64,000 bases of DNA, from contig CAXXXD010000003.1 of assembly GCA_963663385.2 (NCBI GenBank), positions 1,216,001 through 1,280,000 of the forward strand, read 5' to 3'. The notes under the pieces are model-generated. The model had not been told where the DNA came from, made no database searches, and saw only the letters and a list, made by a program, of their open reading frames with translations. Both the position numbers and the translations under genes were made by a program. Each line of letters opens with the position of its first letter. The stretch's first letter is position 1. Positions 18,289-27,598 of this stretch are shown one piece after another. This DNA comes from Oceanispirochaeta sp. GTDB lineage: Bacteria > Spirochaetota > Spirochaetia > DSM-2461.

Positions 18289-18924
18289 ATGAATTTATTT
18301 TTTATCAGCGTAATGCCACTAATTTACTGGGCTGTTCAGAGCCTTTTTGAAAACACAAACGTCAGTATAAAGGATATATTGCTACCTTTTATATATGGTG
18401 TTGTAGTTGCAGTCCCTGTCATTCTCCTCTATTGGGCGATGGATGTATATTTCTTTCTGTCCTGGAATCCTGCAGGTCTCTATTTCTACACCCTGCTTAA
18501 TAAAGAAGGATTTATTTTTTATCCGCTAACAGTGCTGCTGGCGATTGTTTTCCGGAAAAAGGACGATGGAACCTTCTATCTGCGTGAGTTCTTTGGTCTT
18601 TTCTGCGGATATTTTTTCCTTATTAGCTCAATTGAATTAATGACAGGTGATATATTTTCCGTTTATGATCTGTTGCTGCTTCCATTGGTTCGTTTTATTA
18701 CTCTTAGTTCTGCCAGTGTATTACTGAATCGCCTAATACGTTCCTCCGGTAGGGTGAAATACTACTATGGAGCCGCTTTATTCCTACTGCCTCTTATACT
18801 GAATTTCCTTATCCTTTTTGAATATCTTAACAAGGCAGTTCTTTTCTATTTGATTTTTATTCCTGTATTATTAATGGCAGCCGCAGGCCCTGTACTGGAA
18901 ACACAGAACAAGATACCCGGATAA
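18289..18924 (+). CDS. Hypothetical integral membrane protein
   Basis: 211 aa with about 7 hydrophobic segments. Confidence 0.7.
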   Translation: MNLFFISVMPLIYWAVQSLFENTNVSIKDILLPFIYGVVVAVPVILLYWAMDVYFFLSWNPAGLYFYTLLNKEGFIFYPLTVLLAIVFRKKDDGTFYLREFFGLFCGYFFLISSIELMTGDIFSVYDLLLLPLVRFITLSSASVLLNRLIRSSGRVKYYYGAALFLLPLILNFLILFEYLNKAVLFYLIFIPVLLMAAAGPVLETQNKIPG

Positions 18925-18933
18925 GAGCTATTA

Positions 18934-19794
18934 ATGTTAAAGCGATCAATCACGCTTACTTTTTCTATCCTTATTATATGTTCCTGCCACATGGGTAAAG
19001 TTCTTGTTGTTACAGATCCTTACTGGAACAGTTTCTCCGGAAGTTCATCTTTTATTTATCAGATAAAAAGCTATATACCATTTGTAAAAAGCGGAGTAAT
19101 GCCTCATTTTGAGACTTATACAGGATCCTCGGCCGAATTCATGATATGGTATGATGAACTCCTTAAACGAGATGATTATGAATCAATTTTGGTTACTTAT
19201 CCGTATGCATTATTTATAGATGATATTGAAAAGGACTTTTCTGAAATAACAGTTCTGGGAGGGGCTGTCGAATACACAGGCAAAAACATAAAACATGTTG
19301 TAAATGAGTATTCGGGAGCTTTTTATGAAGCAGGCAGAGAACTTTATCGTTTATGGAGTGAAGAGGGCAGGAGGCCGGTTGTTGTATTCTGGAAAAGGGA
19401 TCAACACTATTCAGGGGAATTTTCCGCCTTGAAAGAAGGCTGGGGAGAAAAGAATCCCGAGTTTCTAGAAAGCAATCTCCTGATATTGGATGGGAACAGT
19501 TCCGACCGGCAGGGAAAGTTAAAAAGCCTTTATAATAGAATTGATTTTCAAAACGGATTGTGGTCCTTGTTTGTTTATGCAGAACCGGCTTTGGCTGAAG
19601 TGATAAAAACCTGGCCCTATGAAGCAGATGTGTATGGGATACTGGTTTCTCAGGATAGTAAAGTACTTCCTCAAAATGTCAGGAAGATAATATGCAGGAA
19701 TTTCGCAGGAATGATTGAAGAAGCAGCCCGTCTGTCAGGGCAGGATTCCGGTGAGAAAACCAGTGTTGTAAATGCCATTTTTAAAAATAGATAG
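18934..19794 (+). CDS. Putative lipoprotein
   Basis: Signal peptide ending in a lipobox-like 'LIICSC'. Confidence 0.65.
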   Translation: MLKRSITLTFSILIICSCHMGKVLVVTDPYWNSFSGSSSFIYQIKSYIPFVKSGVMPHFETYTGSSAEFMIWYDELLKRDDYESILVTYPYALFIDDIEKDFSEITVLGGAVEYTGKNIKHVVNEYSGAFYEAGRELYRLWSEEGRRPVVVFWKRDQHYSGEFSALKEGWGEKNPEFLESNLLILDGNSSDRQGKLKSLYNRIDFQNGLWSLFVYAEPALAEVIKTWPYEADVYGILVSQDSKVLPQNVRKIICRNFAGMIEEAARLSGQDSGEKTSVVNAIFKNR

Positions 19795-19851
19795 ACGTTC
19801 AAACATGGTGGTTTAGTTTATTGTTTAACAAGAATAAAAACTAAAAAAGGT

Positions 19852-19880
19852 TTGACATGAAATACGTGGAGAAATATAAT
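19852..19880 (+). promoter_or_regulatory. Consensus sigma-70 promoter of the flaA operon
   Basis: TTGACA-N17-TATAAT, a perfect consensus, with A-rich sequence upstream. Confidence 0.88.
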
Positions 19881-19934
19881 TCATTTTGAATAAAAATATT
19901 TTTGTTTTCTTTGTTTAATAATAAGGAGTTTATA

Positions 19935-20717
19935 ATGAGACATGGCTGCCTGTTTCTTTCAGGCTTATTGATTCTGGTTACTCTTAGCACAGGTTTTCTG
20001 TTTGCTGATGAGAAAACTCTTAAGCTTGAATCGTATGTAATTGAGACTTTTGATGGTCCTGGATCCGCCTTGCACGAAGATGGTAGTCCGGTAGTGTGGC
20101 AGGTAATGGGTAGTAAGTTCTCTACTGAAGGGTTCCCCAGAATGACCTACGTTCCCGGTGAATGGCCGGATGATCTTTTTGGACCAAATCCGGAAAATGC
20201 TGATGAACTTCAGGTTCTCGGTGTCAATTCCAGATTTGACAGAAAAGGCTATAATCAGATTGAGATTATTCCCGGAATCGGAGAAGGAGATGATTGGGAA
20301 GCTAAACCAATCGGTCTGCCCGGTCGTGTAAAAACTGTTGATCTCTGGGTTTGGGGCTCACGCTACAAATATAGTATAGAAATGCATTTTATGGATTATC
20401 AGGGGCTGGCGTACAGGCTGGACTTGATACAATCCGATAATAAAAGGGAAGTCGGTAGTATTATGTTTTCCGGATGGAAAAATATGTACCTCGATATCCC
20501 CAGCTATATTAAACAGTCTGTAGTTTATCAGCCTGAATACAAAGGGCTGAGATTAACCAAGATTGTTGTATACACGCACCCCGATGAAAAAGTGAATAAT
20601 TTTTATGTCTACCTGGATCACCTGAAGGTACTTTCTGATAAACATGAATCTTACTATGACGGATTTAATTTAACATCTCCTGAAAAAATTGAGGAGATCT
20701 GGGGTCAAGGAGAGTAA
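19935..20717 (+). CDS. flaA: Flagellar filament outer layer (sheath) protein, FlaA family
   Basis: Sec signal peptide; 'WQVMGSKF', 'FDRKGYN', 'LDLWVWG'-like 'VDLWVWGS', 'FSGWKN' and 'FYVYLDHLK' motifs. ATG at 19935 has an AAGGAG SD. Confidence 0.88.
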   Translation: MRHGCLFLSGLLILVTLSTGFLFADEKTLKLESYVIETFDGPGSALHEDGSPVVWQVMGSKFSTEGFPRMTYVPGEWPDDLFGPNPENADELQVLGVNSRFDRKGYNQIEIIPGIGEGDDWEAKPIGLPGRVKTVDLWVWGSRYKYSIEMHFMDYQGLAYRLDLIQSDNKREVGSIMFSGWKNMYLDIPSYIKQSVVYQPEYKGLRLTKIVVYTHPDEKVNNFYVYLDHLKVLSDKHESYYDGFNLTSPEKIEEIWGQGE

Positions 20718-20720
20718 TCG

Positions 20721-21428
20721 ATGAAAAGGTTTTTAAGTAGCTTAATAATTGTCTCTGTTTTCACCGGTACTATGCTTATAGCGCAGGATGCCGGATCACC
20801 AAATGCCAATCAGATTGGAGTAGATTCTGCCCAGCAGAAACTGCAGGAAGTTTCCGTTTCCAAATTTGAAGATGCCGGACTGTGGTATGGCGTTATGGCC
20901 GCGGATGAGGGTATCATACAGTTGAGACGCTTTGAAGGATCTCCTTTGGATAAGGAACCTGTTGAAGGTGAAGTTGAAGCCGGTATTCAGGAACCGGATG
21001 ATAATGTTCTTGGCGCTAAGGTTTCTTTCTATAAAAGATCCTTAAGTACTTTTTCAATCAGACCGGTTCGTCCTCTTCCTATTGAGGGAATCACAAAGAC
21101 CCTGTCTGTGTGGGTTGCCGGTAGAAATACCAACCATATCCTTCAACTGGAGATTTCAGATCATTTTGGAAATATCGCCTATATAAATATGGGTAAATTG
21201 AACTTTGTTGGTTGGAAAAAAGTAACAGTTTCTGTTCCTCCGACAATTGTTCAGAGGGATTATCACTACAATAATAAAATGGGTATTACCATACAGGGAT
21301 TCAATATACTCTGTGATCTGGATGAAACCTATGGCAAGTATTACTTCTATCTGGATGATTTGAGGGCTGTAACGGATCTGTTTGCTGAAGATAGCAGGGA
21401 TGTGGATGATATTCTGGATTCCTGGTGA
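20721..21428 (+). CDS. flaA: Flagellar filament outer layer (sheath) protein, FlaA family
   Basis: Signal peptide; 'VLGAKVSFYKR', 'SVWVAGRN', 'GKLNFVGWK' and 'YFYLDDLRAVTDLF' motifs. Confidence 0.9.
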   Translation: MKRFLSSLIIVSVFTGTMLIAQDAGSPNANQIGVDSAQQKLQEVSVSKFEDAGLWYGVMAADEGIIQLRRFEGSPLDKEPVEGEVEAGIQEPDDNVLGAKVSFYKRSLSTFSIRPVRPLPIEGITKTLSVWVAGRNTNHILQLEISDHFGNIAYINMGKLNFVGWKKVTVSVPPTIVQRDYHYNNKMGITIQGFNILCDLDETYGKYYFYLDDLRAVTDLFAEDSRDVDDILDSW

Positions 21429-21458
21429 TCAGATAGAAAGTCAACTCATTTGATATAT

Positions 21459-21488
21459 AAAAAAGCCTGTATTAAAGCAGGCTTTTTT
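21459..21488. terminator. Bidirectional intrinsic terminator between flaA and tatD
   Basis: AAAAAAGCCTGT-ATTAAA-GCAGGCTTTTTT between convergent genes. Confidence 0.85.
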
Positions 21489-21497
21489 ATTTGATAT

Positions 21498-22295
21498 TCA
21501 GATGTTCTGTAAATCAGTGAATGATCTGAAATTCCTATTTATTCTGTCAATTAAATCATTCAATGAGATTTTCTTTTTCTCGGCTATCATTTCATAGATG
21601 TAGCCGATTCTGCCGGGATGATTTATTTTACCCCTTTTGGGATGCGGCGAAAGGTAGGGCGAATCCGTTTCTGTAAGCAGTTGTTTCAAAGGAATCCAGT
21701 CTAAAGCATCCCTGATATTCTGTGCATTTTTAAAGGTGGAATTCCCTGCAAGTGAAATCATAAAACCTTTTTCTACTGCCAGTTTTCCCAGATCCGGATC
21801 ACCGGGGAAACAGTGCAATACGGCACCAAAGGGAAAGTCTCGTTCTGCTATCCATTCAGACAGCTCTTTTTCCGCAGATCGACAATGAAAAATCAGAGGC
21901 TTTTTTACTTCTTTTGATAGAGAGTAGTGAAGATCCAGCAGGGAGTACTGATCTTTTCTGCAGGAGTGATCTCTGAAGAAATCAAGACCAGTTTCTCCCA
22001 GGGCCTTTACAGATGGGTGCTGAGCCTGTTCTTTCAGAATACTATGATAATCTTCCGGCCATTCACCAGACGGGATGTTGGGGTGTATACCGGCAGCCAG
22101 AAAAAGCCCCTTATGATCGTCGAGAAAGGTCAGCCTTTGTTCAAAGTCACCCAGTTGAACTCCCGCATCCAATAGAAAATCCATGCCCTCTGAAGCTAAT
22201 TGTCTGAGCAGCTCGTGGACATCAATTCCTTTGCGAATCATCTCCTGAGTGTGAAAATGACTGTCGATCATTCCTTTTTCAATATGCAGGTTCAT
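21498..22295 (-). CDS. tatD: TatD-family hydrolase/DNase
   Basis: 'IDSHFH', 'GIHP', 'GETGLD', 'HCR', 'LHCF' and 'ETDSPYL' motifs; start uncertain. Confidence 0.9.
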   Translation of the reverse strand: MNLHIEKGMIDSHFHTQEMIRKGIDVHELLRQLASEGMDFLLDAGVQLGDFEQRLTFLDDHKGLFLAAGIHPNIPSGEWPEDYHSILKEQAQHPSVKALGETGLDFFRDHSCRKDQYSLLDLHYSLSKEVKKPLIFHCRSAEKELSEWIAERDFPFGAVLHCFPGDPDLGKLAVEKGFMISLAGNSTFKNAQNIRDALDWIPLKQLLTETDSPYLSPHPKRGKINHPGRIGYIYEMIAEKKKISLNDLIDRINRNFRSFTDLQNI

Positions 22296-22311
22296 TATTA
22301 CCATTTCCCTC

Positions 22312-22342
22312 AAAAAAAACCCTGCCTTAAAGCAGGGTTTTT
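22312..22342 (-). terminator. Intrinsic terminator after fba
   Basis: AAAAAAACCCTGC-CTTAAA-GCAGGGTTTTT. Confidence 0.8.
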
Positions 22343-22376
22343 ACTTTATGAAATTTTCTACTTTACGAAGAATCTA

Positions 22377-23372
22377 TTAAGCGTGCCCGGCAGAACCGAG
22401 TACGTTTTCATTCTTCAGTTTGTAAATTGCCTTCAGAGATTCTCTTGCAGGACCAAGATATTTTCTGGGGTCAAATTCCGCAGGATTCTCAGCCATAACT
22501 TTTCTGATAGCAGCGGTCATGGCAAGACGGCCATCGGAGTCGATATTGATTTTACAAACAGCAGATTTAGCTGCTTTTCTCAGCTGTTCTTCTGGGATAC
22601 CTACAGCATCTTTCAGCTTTCCGCCATTAGCATTGATGATTGCTACCTGATCCTGGGGTACAGAAGAAGATCCGTGAAGAACGATGGGGAATCCGGGGAT
22701 TCTCTTTTCGATTTCTTCCAGGATGTCGAAGCGAAGGGGAGGTGGTACAAGTATACCGTCAGCATTCTTGGTGCACTGAGCAGGAGTAAACTTGTTAGCT
22801 CCGTGAGAAGTTCCGATAGAGATGGCCAGTGAATCTACGCCGGTTTTCTTTACGAAATCTTCTACTTCTTCGGGTTTTGTGTAGGTGGAAGTCTCGGCTA
22901 CTACATCATCTTCCACACCGGCCAGAACACCGAGTTCTCCTTCAACAGTTACATCGAACTGATGTGCATACTCTACAACTTTTTTTGTAAGAGCAACATT
23001 CTCTTCGTATGAGTGGTGTGAACCATCAATCATTACGGAAGAGAAGCCGTTGTCGATACAGTCTTTACACAGCTCAAAAGTATCACCGTGGTCAAGGTGC
23101 AGTGCGATAGGAATTTCGTATCCCAGTTCTTTTGCATATTCTACAGCACCTTTGGCCATGTTTCTCAGCAGAGTTCCATTAGCATATTTTCTGGCACCGG
23201 AAGAAACCTGCAGGATTACTGGAGATTTTGTTTCAACACAAGCCTGAATAATAGCCTGCATCTGTTCCATGTTGTTGAAGTTATATGCAGGAACAGCATA
23301 ACCGCCTGCAACAGCCTTTTTAAACATTTCTGTCGTATTTGATAAACCAAGTTCTTTATAGCTTGTCATCAT
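22377..23372 (-). CDS. fba: Class II fructose-1,6-bisphosphate aldolase
   Basis: 'HLDHG', 'FSSVMIDGS', 'VEGELG', 'GTSHG', 'VLHGSS' and 'KINIDSD' motifs. Confidence 0.97.
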   Translation of the reverse strand: MMTSYKELGLSNTTEMFKKAVAGGYAVPAYNFNNMEQMQAIIQACVETKSPVILQVSSGARKYANGTLLRNMAKGAVEYAKELGYEIPIALHLDHGDTFELCKDCIDNGFSSVMIDGSHHSYEENVALTKKVVEYAHQFDVTVEGELGVLAGVEDDVVAETSTYTKPEEVEDFVKKTGVDSLAISIGTSHGANKFTPAQCTKNADGILVPPPLRFDILEEIEKRIPGFPIVLHGSSSVPQDQVAIINANGGKLKDAVGIPEEQLRKAAKSAVCKINIDSDGRLAMTAAIRKVMAENPAEFDPRKYLGPARESLKAIYKLKNENVLGSAGHA

Positions 23373-23409
23373 TTACTCCTTCGAAAGTAAATCGATAAAT
23401 TTTGTTATT

Positions 23410-23438
23410 AATATAGGCATCTGGCAAAATGGTGTCAA
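23410..23438 (-). promoter_or_regulatory. Sigma-70 promoter of fba
   Basis: TTGACA-N17-TATATT. Confidence 0.75.
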
Positions 23439-23539
23439 GGGAACCCAATTCATAATTCCTTTGTAATTCTAAAAATGCGTTAATAAAAACAGACTTGATT
23501 ATCTTCTTGGAATTCCTGACTTTTTTTAAATAAAACGGA

Positions 23540-23568
23540 TTGACCAAGGGAGTAAAGACAGATAATAT
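23540..23568 (+). promoter_or_regulatory. Sigma-70 promoter of tRNA-Leu
   Basis: TTGACC-N17-TAATAT, 13 nt upstream of the tRNA. Confidence 0.6.
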
Positions 23569-23581
23569 ACCATCGTGTGTC

Positions 23582-23666
23582 GCCGGTGTGGTGGAATTGG
23601 TAGACACCCGAGACTTAAAATCTCGTGGGCTTATAGCCCGTACCGGTTCAAGTCCGGTCACCGGCA
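23582..23666 (+). tRNA. tRNA-Leu (anticodon TAA)
   Basis: GCCGGTG/CACCGGC acceptor stem, GGAATTGGTAGAC D-arm, CGAGA-CTTAAAA-TCTCG anticodon arm, long variable arm and GGTTCAAGTCC T-arm. CCA is not encoded. Confidence 0.97.
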
Positions 23667-23675
23667 CAATTTTTA

Positions 23676-23716
23676 GAAGGCTAATTTTTTGCTAGGCAGA
23701 AAGTTAGCCTTTTTTT
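23676..23716 (+). terminator. Intrinsic terminator after tRNA-Leu
   Basis: AAGGCTAATTTT...GAAAGTTAGCCTT followed by a T-run. Confidence 0.75.
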
Positions 23717-23729
23717 ATAGCTAATAGCA

Positions 23730-24425
23730 ATGAACAACAGACAAATCGAACTGCTCTGGCAGGATAATTACATAGGGCTGATCAATAAACCGGCCAATCT
23801 GATAATTCACAGGACAGCGATTTCCTCCGACAGGGATACCCTTGTTAGCCGGCTGCAGGAGCAGTTTGAAAATCCGCCTGTTCCAGTGCACCGCCTGGAC
23901 AGACCTGTTTCCGGACTGCTTATGGGGGCATTCGATACGGAAACGGCATCTGCCTTAAGCAGATCCTTCCGGGAAGGAGAGGTGGATAAGCGTTATATCG
24001 CCATAGTCCGGGGTATACCGGAGGAATCAGGCGAAATTACGATTGCCCTTAAAAACAGCAGAACCCTTGAAATGCAGGAATCCAGAACAACATACAGAAA
24101 GCTGGCAAGCATCGAACTTCCCCTTCCTTCAAGGAAATACCCGAAGACACGCTATTCTCTTATAGAGGCTTCTCCCAAGACAGGACGGTTTCATCAGATA
24201 AGAAGACACCTGGCCAGAATCGGCTATCCCATAATAGGGGATACGTCCCACGGGGATACTTTCTGTAATCATCAGTTTGAAAGGGAGTTCGGTATAGAAG
24301 GATTAATGCTTCACTCCTATTCCATCAACTTTATGCATCCTGTCGAAAAGGTGGAAAAAAACTTTTTCTGTCCTCTCAGGAACGAAATGGAGCAAATATG
24401 CAAAAAATTCCATTGGAATATATAA
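23730..24425 (+). CDS. RluA/TruC-family pseudouridine synthase
   Basis: 'NKP', catalytic 'HRLD', 'TGRFHQIRRHL' and 'PIIGD' motifs; no S4 domain, so TruC-like. Confidence 0.9.
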   Translation: MNNRQIELLWQDNYIGLINKPANLIIHRTAISSDRDTLVSRLQEQFENPPVPVHRLDRPVSGLLMGAFDTETASALSRSFREGEVDKRYIAIVRGIPEESGEITIALKNSRTLEMQESRTTYRKLASIELPLPSRKYPKTRYSLIEASPKTGRFHQIRRHLARIGYPIIGDTSHGDTFCNHQFEREFGIEGLMLHSYSINFMHPVEKVEKNFFCPLRNEMEQICKKFHWNI

Positions 24426-24515
24426 AATAACGTATAATGAAAATAATTTTCTGGTTGCGTCATCAAATTAAAAACTATACTTTATAATTATTAAACAAAA
24501 CCCGGATGGATCTTA

Positions 24516-26045
24516 ATGGCTAAATTGAATTTAAAATCTTCTCCTGAGAAGAACCTGCAGACACCGGAATTTTTCTGGAAAATCCTGGTTGTTGATGATG
24601 ATCCCGAAATCCACGCCATGACCCGGCTGGTTATGAAAGACTGGGTCTACCACAAGAGGGGAATGGAATTACTTTTTGCCGATTCTTCATCCGAAGCCAG
24701 AGCTATTCTGGAGGCTGAAAAAGGGATCTCCCTGATTCTGCTGGATGTAGTCATGGAAAATGACCATTCCGGGCTGGATCTGGTAAAGTATATCCGCGAA
24801 GTATTAAATAATAACCTTACCAGGATTATCCTCCGAACCGGGCAGCCTGGCAAAGCTCCCCTCCGAAAAGTCATTACAGATTACGAAATAAACGACTATA
24901 AAGAGAAAAATGAATTAACTGCCGATCGTCTTTATGTAGCGGTGACAGCGGCATTGAGAAGTTATGAAGATCTGCTGATTATCAAAAAAAACCGGGATGG
25001 TCTTGAAAAAGTCCTTAATGCCACTTCCAATCTTTTCGGGAACTTTTCTATCAGCGGTTTTGCCGAGGGAGTTCTGGGGCAGATTTCCGGATTGGTAGGA
25101 GCAAACGGTGACTCTCTTTTTATTCAGTATGATTCAATAATTAATGGTGAAAATATTTCAGATTCGGTAATTCTGGCAGGTTCCGGTAAATATACAGGAT
25201 ATACTGACAAAAGCCTTTCTGTCCTTGATGATGTTGATATAGTTTATAAAATCAAAAGATGCCTGGAAGAGAGAGGCAGTTATTTCAATGAAGATACATA
25301 CATCGGATTTTTCCCCGTTTCAGACACCATTCAGAATATTCTGATATTTTATGGTCTTCATAATATTGATTCTTTCAAACAGCAGCTTATCCGTCTTTTT
25401 TCTGCAAATGCCACTGTTGCCTTTTCCAATTTATACCTGAATAAGGAAATGGAAGAAACCCAGAGGGAAGTGATATGTACTCTTGGCGAAGTTGTGGAAT
25501 CCCGTTCCAAAGAGACAGCCAATCACATCCAGCGGGTAACAGAAATATCAATAATACTGGGTAGAGCTATCGGTCTTTCCGAAACAGACCTGAGGAATCT
25601 TCAAATGGCAGCGCCCATGCATGATGTCGGAAAAATTGGTATTCCTGATGAAATCCTTCATAAACCCGGACGGTTGAATCCGGATGAATTTGAAGTTATG
25701 AAGACTCATACGCTTGTTGGTTATGAAATTCTTAAAAGCTCTGGCAGAGATGTATTAAAAGCCGCGGCGTTAATTGCTCTGGAGCATCATGAACGCTGGG
25801 ATGGAACAGGATATCCCTATCAGAAAGCCGGAGAGGAAATATCCCTTATGGGGAGAATCATATCGATAGTTGATGTGTTTGATGCCTTATATAATAAAAG
25901 AATCTACAAAAAGCCATGGCCGCTGGAAAATATTATTTCTTTAGTTGAAGAGGAAAAAGGCTTTCATTTTGATCCTAAACTCGTTGATTTATTCCTGGAA
26001 AACATTGATGATATCGTTCAGATTCAGGAAAAAAATAAAGACTGA
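24516..26045 (+). CDS. Response regulator with REC, DUF3369-like and HD-GYP domains
   Basis: 'WKILVVDDD', 'LLDVVME', 'RIILRTGQPG', 'HDVGKIGIPD' and 'HHERWDGTGYP' motifs. Confidence 0.92.
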   Translation: MAKLNLKSSPEKNLQTPEFFWKILVVDDDPEIHAMTRLVMKDWVYHKRGMELLFADSSSEARAILEAEKGISLILLDVVMENDHSGLDLVKYIREVLNNNLTRIILRTGQPGKAPLRKVITDYEINDYKEKNELTADRLYVAVTAALRSYEDLLIIKKNRDGLEKVLNATSNLFGNFSISGFAEGVLGQISGLVGANGDSLFIQYDSIINGENISDSVILAGSGKYTGYTDKSLSVLDDVDIVYKIKRCLEERGSYFNEDTYIGFFPVSDTIQNILIFYGLHNIDSFKQQLIRLFSANATVAFSNLYLNKEMEETQREVICTLGEVVESRSKETANHIQRVTEISIILGRAIGLSETDLRNLQMAAPMHDVGKIGIPDEILHKPGRLNPDEFEVMKTHTLVGYEILKSSGRDVLKAAALIALEHHERWDGTGYPYQKAGEEISLMGRIISIVDVFDALYNKRIYKKPWPLENIISLVEEEKGFHFDPKLVDLFLENIDDIVQIQEKNKD

Positions 26046-26062
26046 ATATATAAATGTAAAAT

Positions 26063-26761
26063 TTGTTCAGGAGATATTATTTGAAAACCATATATAAAAT
26101 TTGTAATGGAATAATCAAAGGCATACTGCTTGTAACCTGTAAAATAGACCGGGATGAAATAAAAAAGATACCGATGGAGGGGCCATTTATCCTGGTCGCC
26201 AATCATATCAATTTTCTTGAAGCACCAATTCTATACCTGTTTATGCGTCCCAGACGTACCATAGCTCTGGCAAAAGCAGAGCTATGGGAACATCCCTTTA
26301 CAAGATTTTTAATGAATCTGTGGGAGGTCGTTCCCATTAAAAGAGGAGCTGCTGATTTTAATGGAATGAAGATGGCTTTTAATGTGCTTAAGGAAAATGA
26401 TTTTCTCTGTCTTGCTCCCGAAGGAACCCGCAGCAGAACGGGTCTGTTGAAAAAGGGTAAAGCCGGAGTCATCCTTTTTGCCCAGAAAGGAGCCGCTCCC
26501 ATTATTCCTATAGCCCATTGGGGGGGAGAATCCATTGGAAGGAATCTGAAAAGGTTCCGAAGAACTCCTGTAACAATCAAAGTGGGAGAACCATTACAGA
26601 TCAGAAAGGACCTTGATATAAAGATCGGATCCACTGAGCGGCAGGAAATTGCAGATGAAGCCATGATTGCCCTGGCAAGGCTAATGCCGGAAAAGTATCA
26701 CGGTTATTATACTGGCAGGACTCAGGACGATTTCAAATATCTTATTCCATTAAAAGAGTAA
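26063..26761 (+). CDS. plsC: 1-acyl-sn-glycerol-3-phosphate acyltransferase (PlsC family)
   Basis: 'NHINFLE' (HX4D/E) and 'APEGTRS' motifs. Confidence 0.85.
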   Translation: MFRRYYLKTIYKICNGIIKGILLVTCKIDRDEIKKIPMEGPFILVANHINFLEAPILYLFMRPRRTIALAKAELWEHPFTRFLMNLWEVVPIKRGAADFNGMKMAFNVLKENDFLCLAPEGTRSRTGLLKKGKAGVILFAQKGAAPIIPIAHWGGESIGRNLKRFRRTPVTIKVGEPLQIRKDLDIKIGSTERQEIADEAMIALARLMPEKYHGYYTGRTQDDFKYLIPLKE

Positions 26762-26816
26762 TATTTCTCTGAAATGGTATTATTGCACAATTCAATAGTT
26801 ATTCAGGAGACGTCAT

Positions 26817-27584
26817 TTGTCCAAATCCGATAAAACGCTGTCCCGTAAAATAGATAAGGCGATACTTAAGTTTGAACTGATTGAACCGGGTGATCGAATC
26901 CTCATTGCCGTTTCGGGAGGGAAAGATTCCATGGTCCTCTCTTATTTTCTGGGGCATAAACAGAAATCTTTTCCTATTCCCTTTGAATTAGGGGCTGTCC
27001 ACATTGAGAATGATTTTGAAGGATGCGGGAAGAACCCTGCCATGGCCGAATTGATGGAAGAGTGGGGTATCCCTTTTGAAATTCTGGAAATTCCCGTTAT
27101 GGGTAGATTAAAGCCTGGAAAAACCATGAACTGTTACTGGTGCTCAACCCAGCGAAGAATGGAATTGATCCGCTATGCCGGTGAGAAAGGGTATAATAAA
27201 ATTGCCCTCGGCCACCATATGGACGATATACTTGAAACATTCTTTATGAATATGATTTATAAATCGGAACTGTCTACTATGCTTCCCAAGTTAAAATATG
27301 ACAGATACCCGTACACCGTAATACGTCCTCTGACCTATGTTAAGGAGAGTGAAATCATGGATTTTGCCGATAAAATAGGACTCCTTGATGCTGCCGGCAC
27401 CTGTTCGTTCGGGATAACTTCTCAGAGGCTGGATGTTCGTCGTTTTATTGATGAAATGGCATTGCATGAGGGGACTCATATAAAGGATAATATTTTTGAA
27501 GCAATGAATAACCCTGTTCACCGTTATATGCCCTATGCCTTACTGGAGGATATCTCCGGTAAAAATGATGTAAACAAGAACTGA
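26817..27584 (+). CDS. ttcA: tRNA 2-thiocytidine biosynthesis protein, TtcA family
   Basis: PP-loop 'SGGKDS', 'CYWC', 'GHHMDD' and 'IRPL' motifs; TTG start with an AGGAG SD. Confidence 0.85.
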   Translation: MSKSDKTLSRKIDKAILKFELIEPGDRILIAVSGGKDSMVLSYFLGHKQKSFPIPFELGAVHIENDFEGCGKNPAMAELMEEWGIPFEILEIPVMGRLKPGKTMNCYWCSTQRRMELIRYAGEKGYNKIALGHHMDDILETFFMNMIYKSELSTMLPKLKYDRYPYTVIRPLTYVKESEIMDFADKIGLLDAAGTCSFGITSQRLDVRRFIDEMALHEGTHIKDNIFEAMNNPVHRYMPYALLEDISGKNDVNKN

Positions 27585-27598
27585 TTAGGAAGGCAGAT

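Noticed and set aside
21459..22342. Two similar palindromes (CCTG...TTAAAGCAGG) as REP or MITE elements
   Set aside because: Only two short copies, both explained as intrinsic terminators.
23356..23667. 103-aa ORF on the - strand
   Set aside because: Antisense to tRNA-Leu and spans the fba and tRNA promoters.
23582..23730. tRNA-Leu as an integration site
   Set aside because: No integrase and no repeated tRNA 3' end; a terminator and housekeeping genes follow directly.
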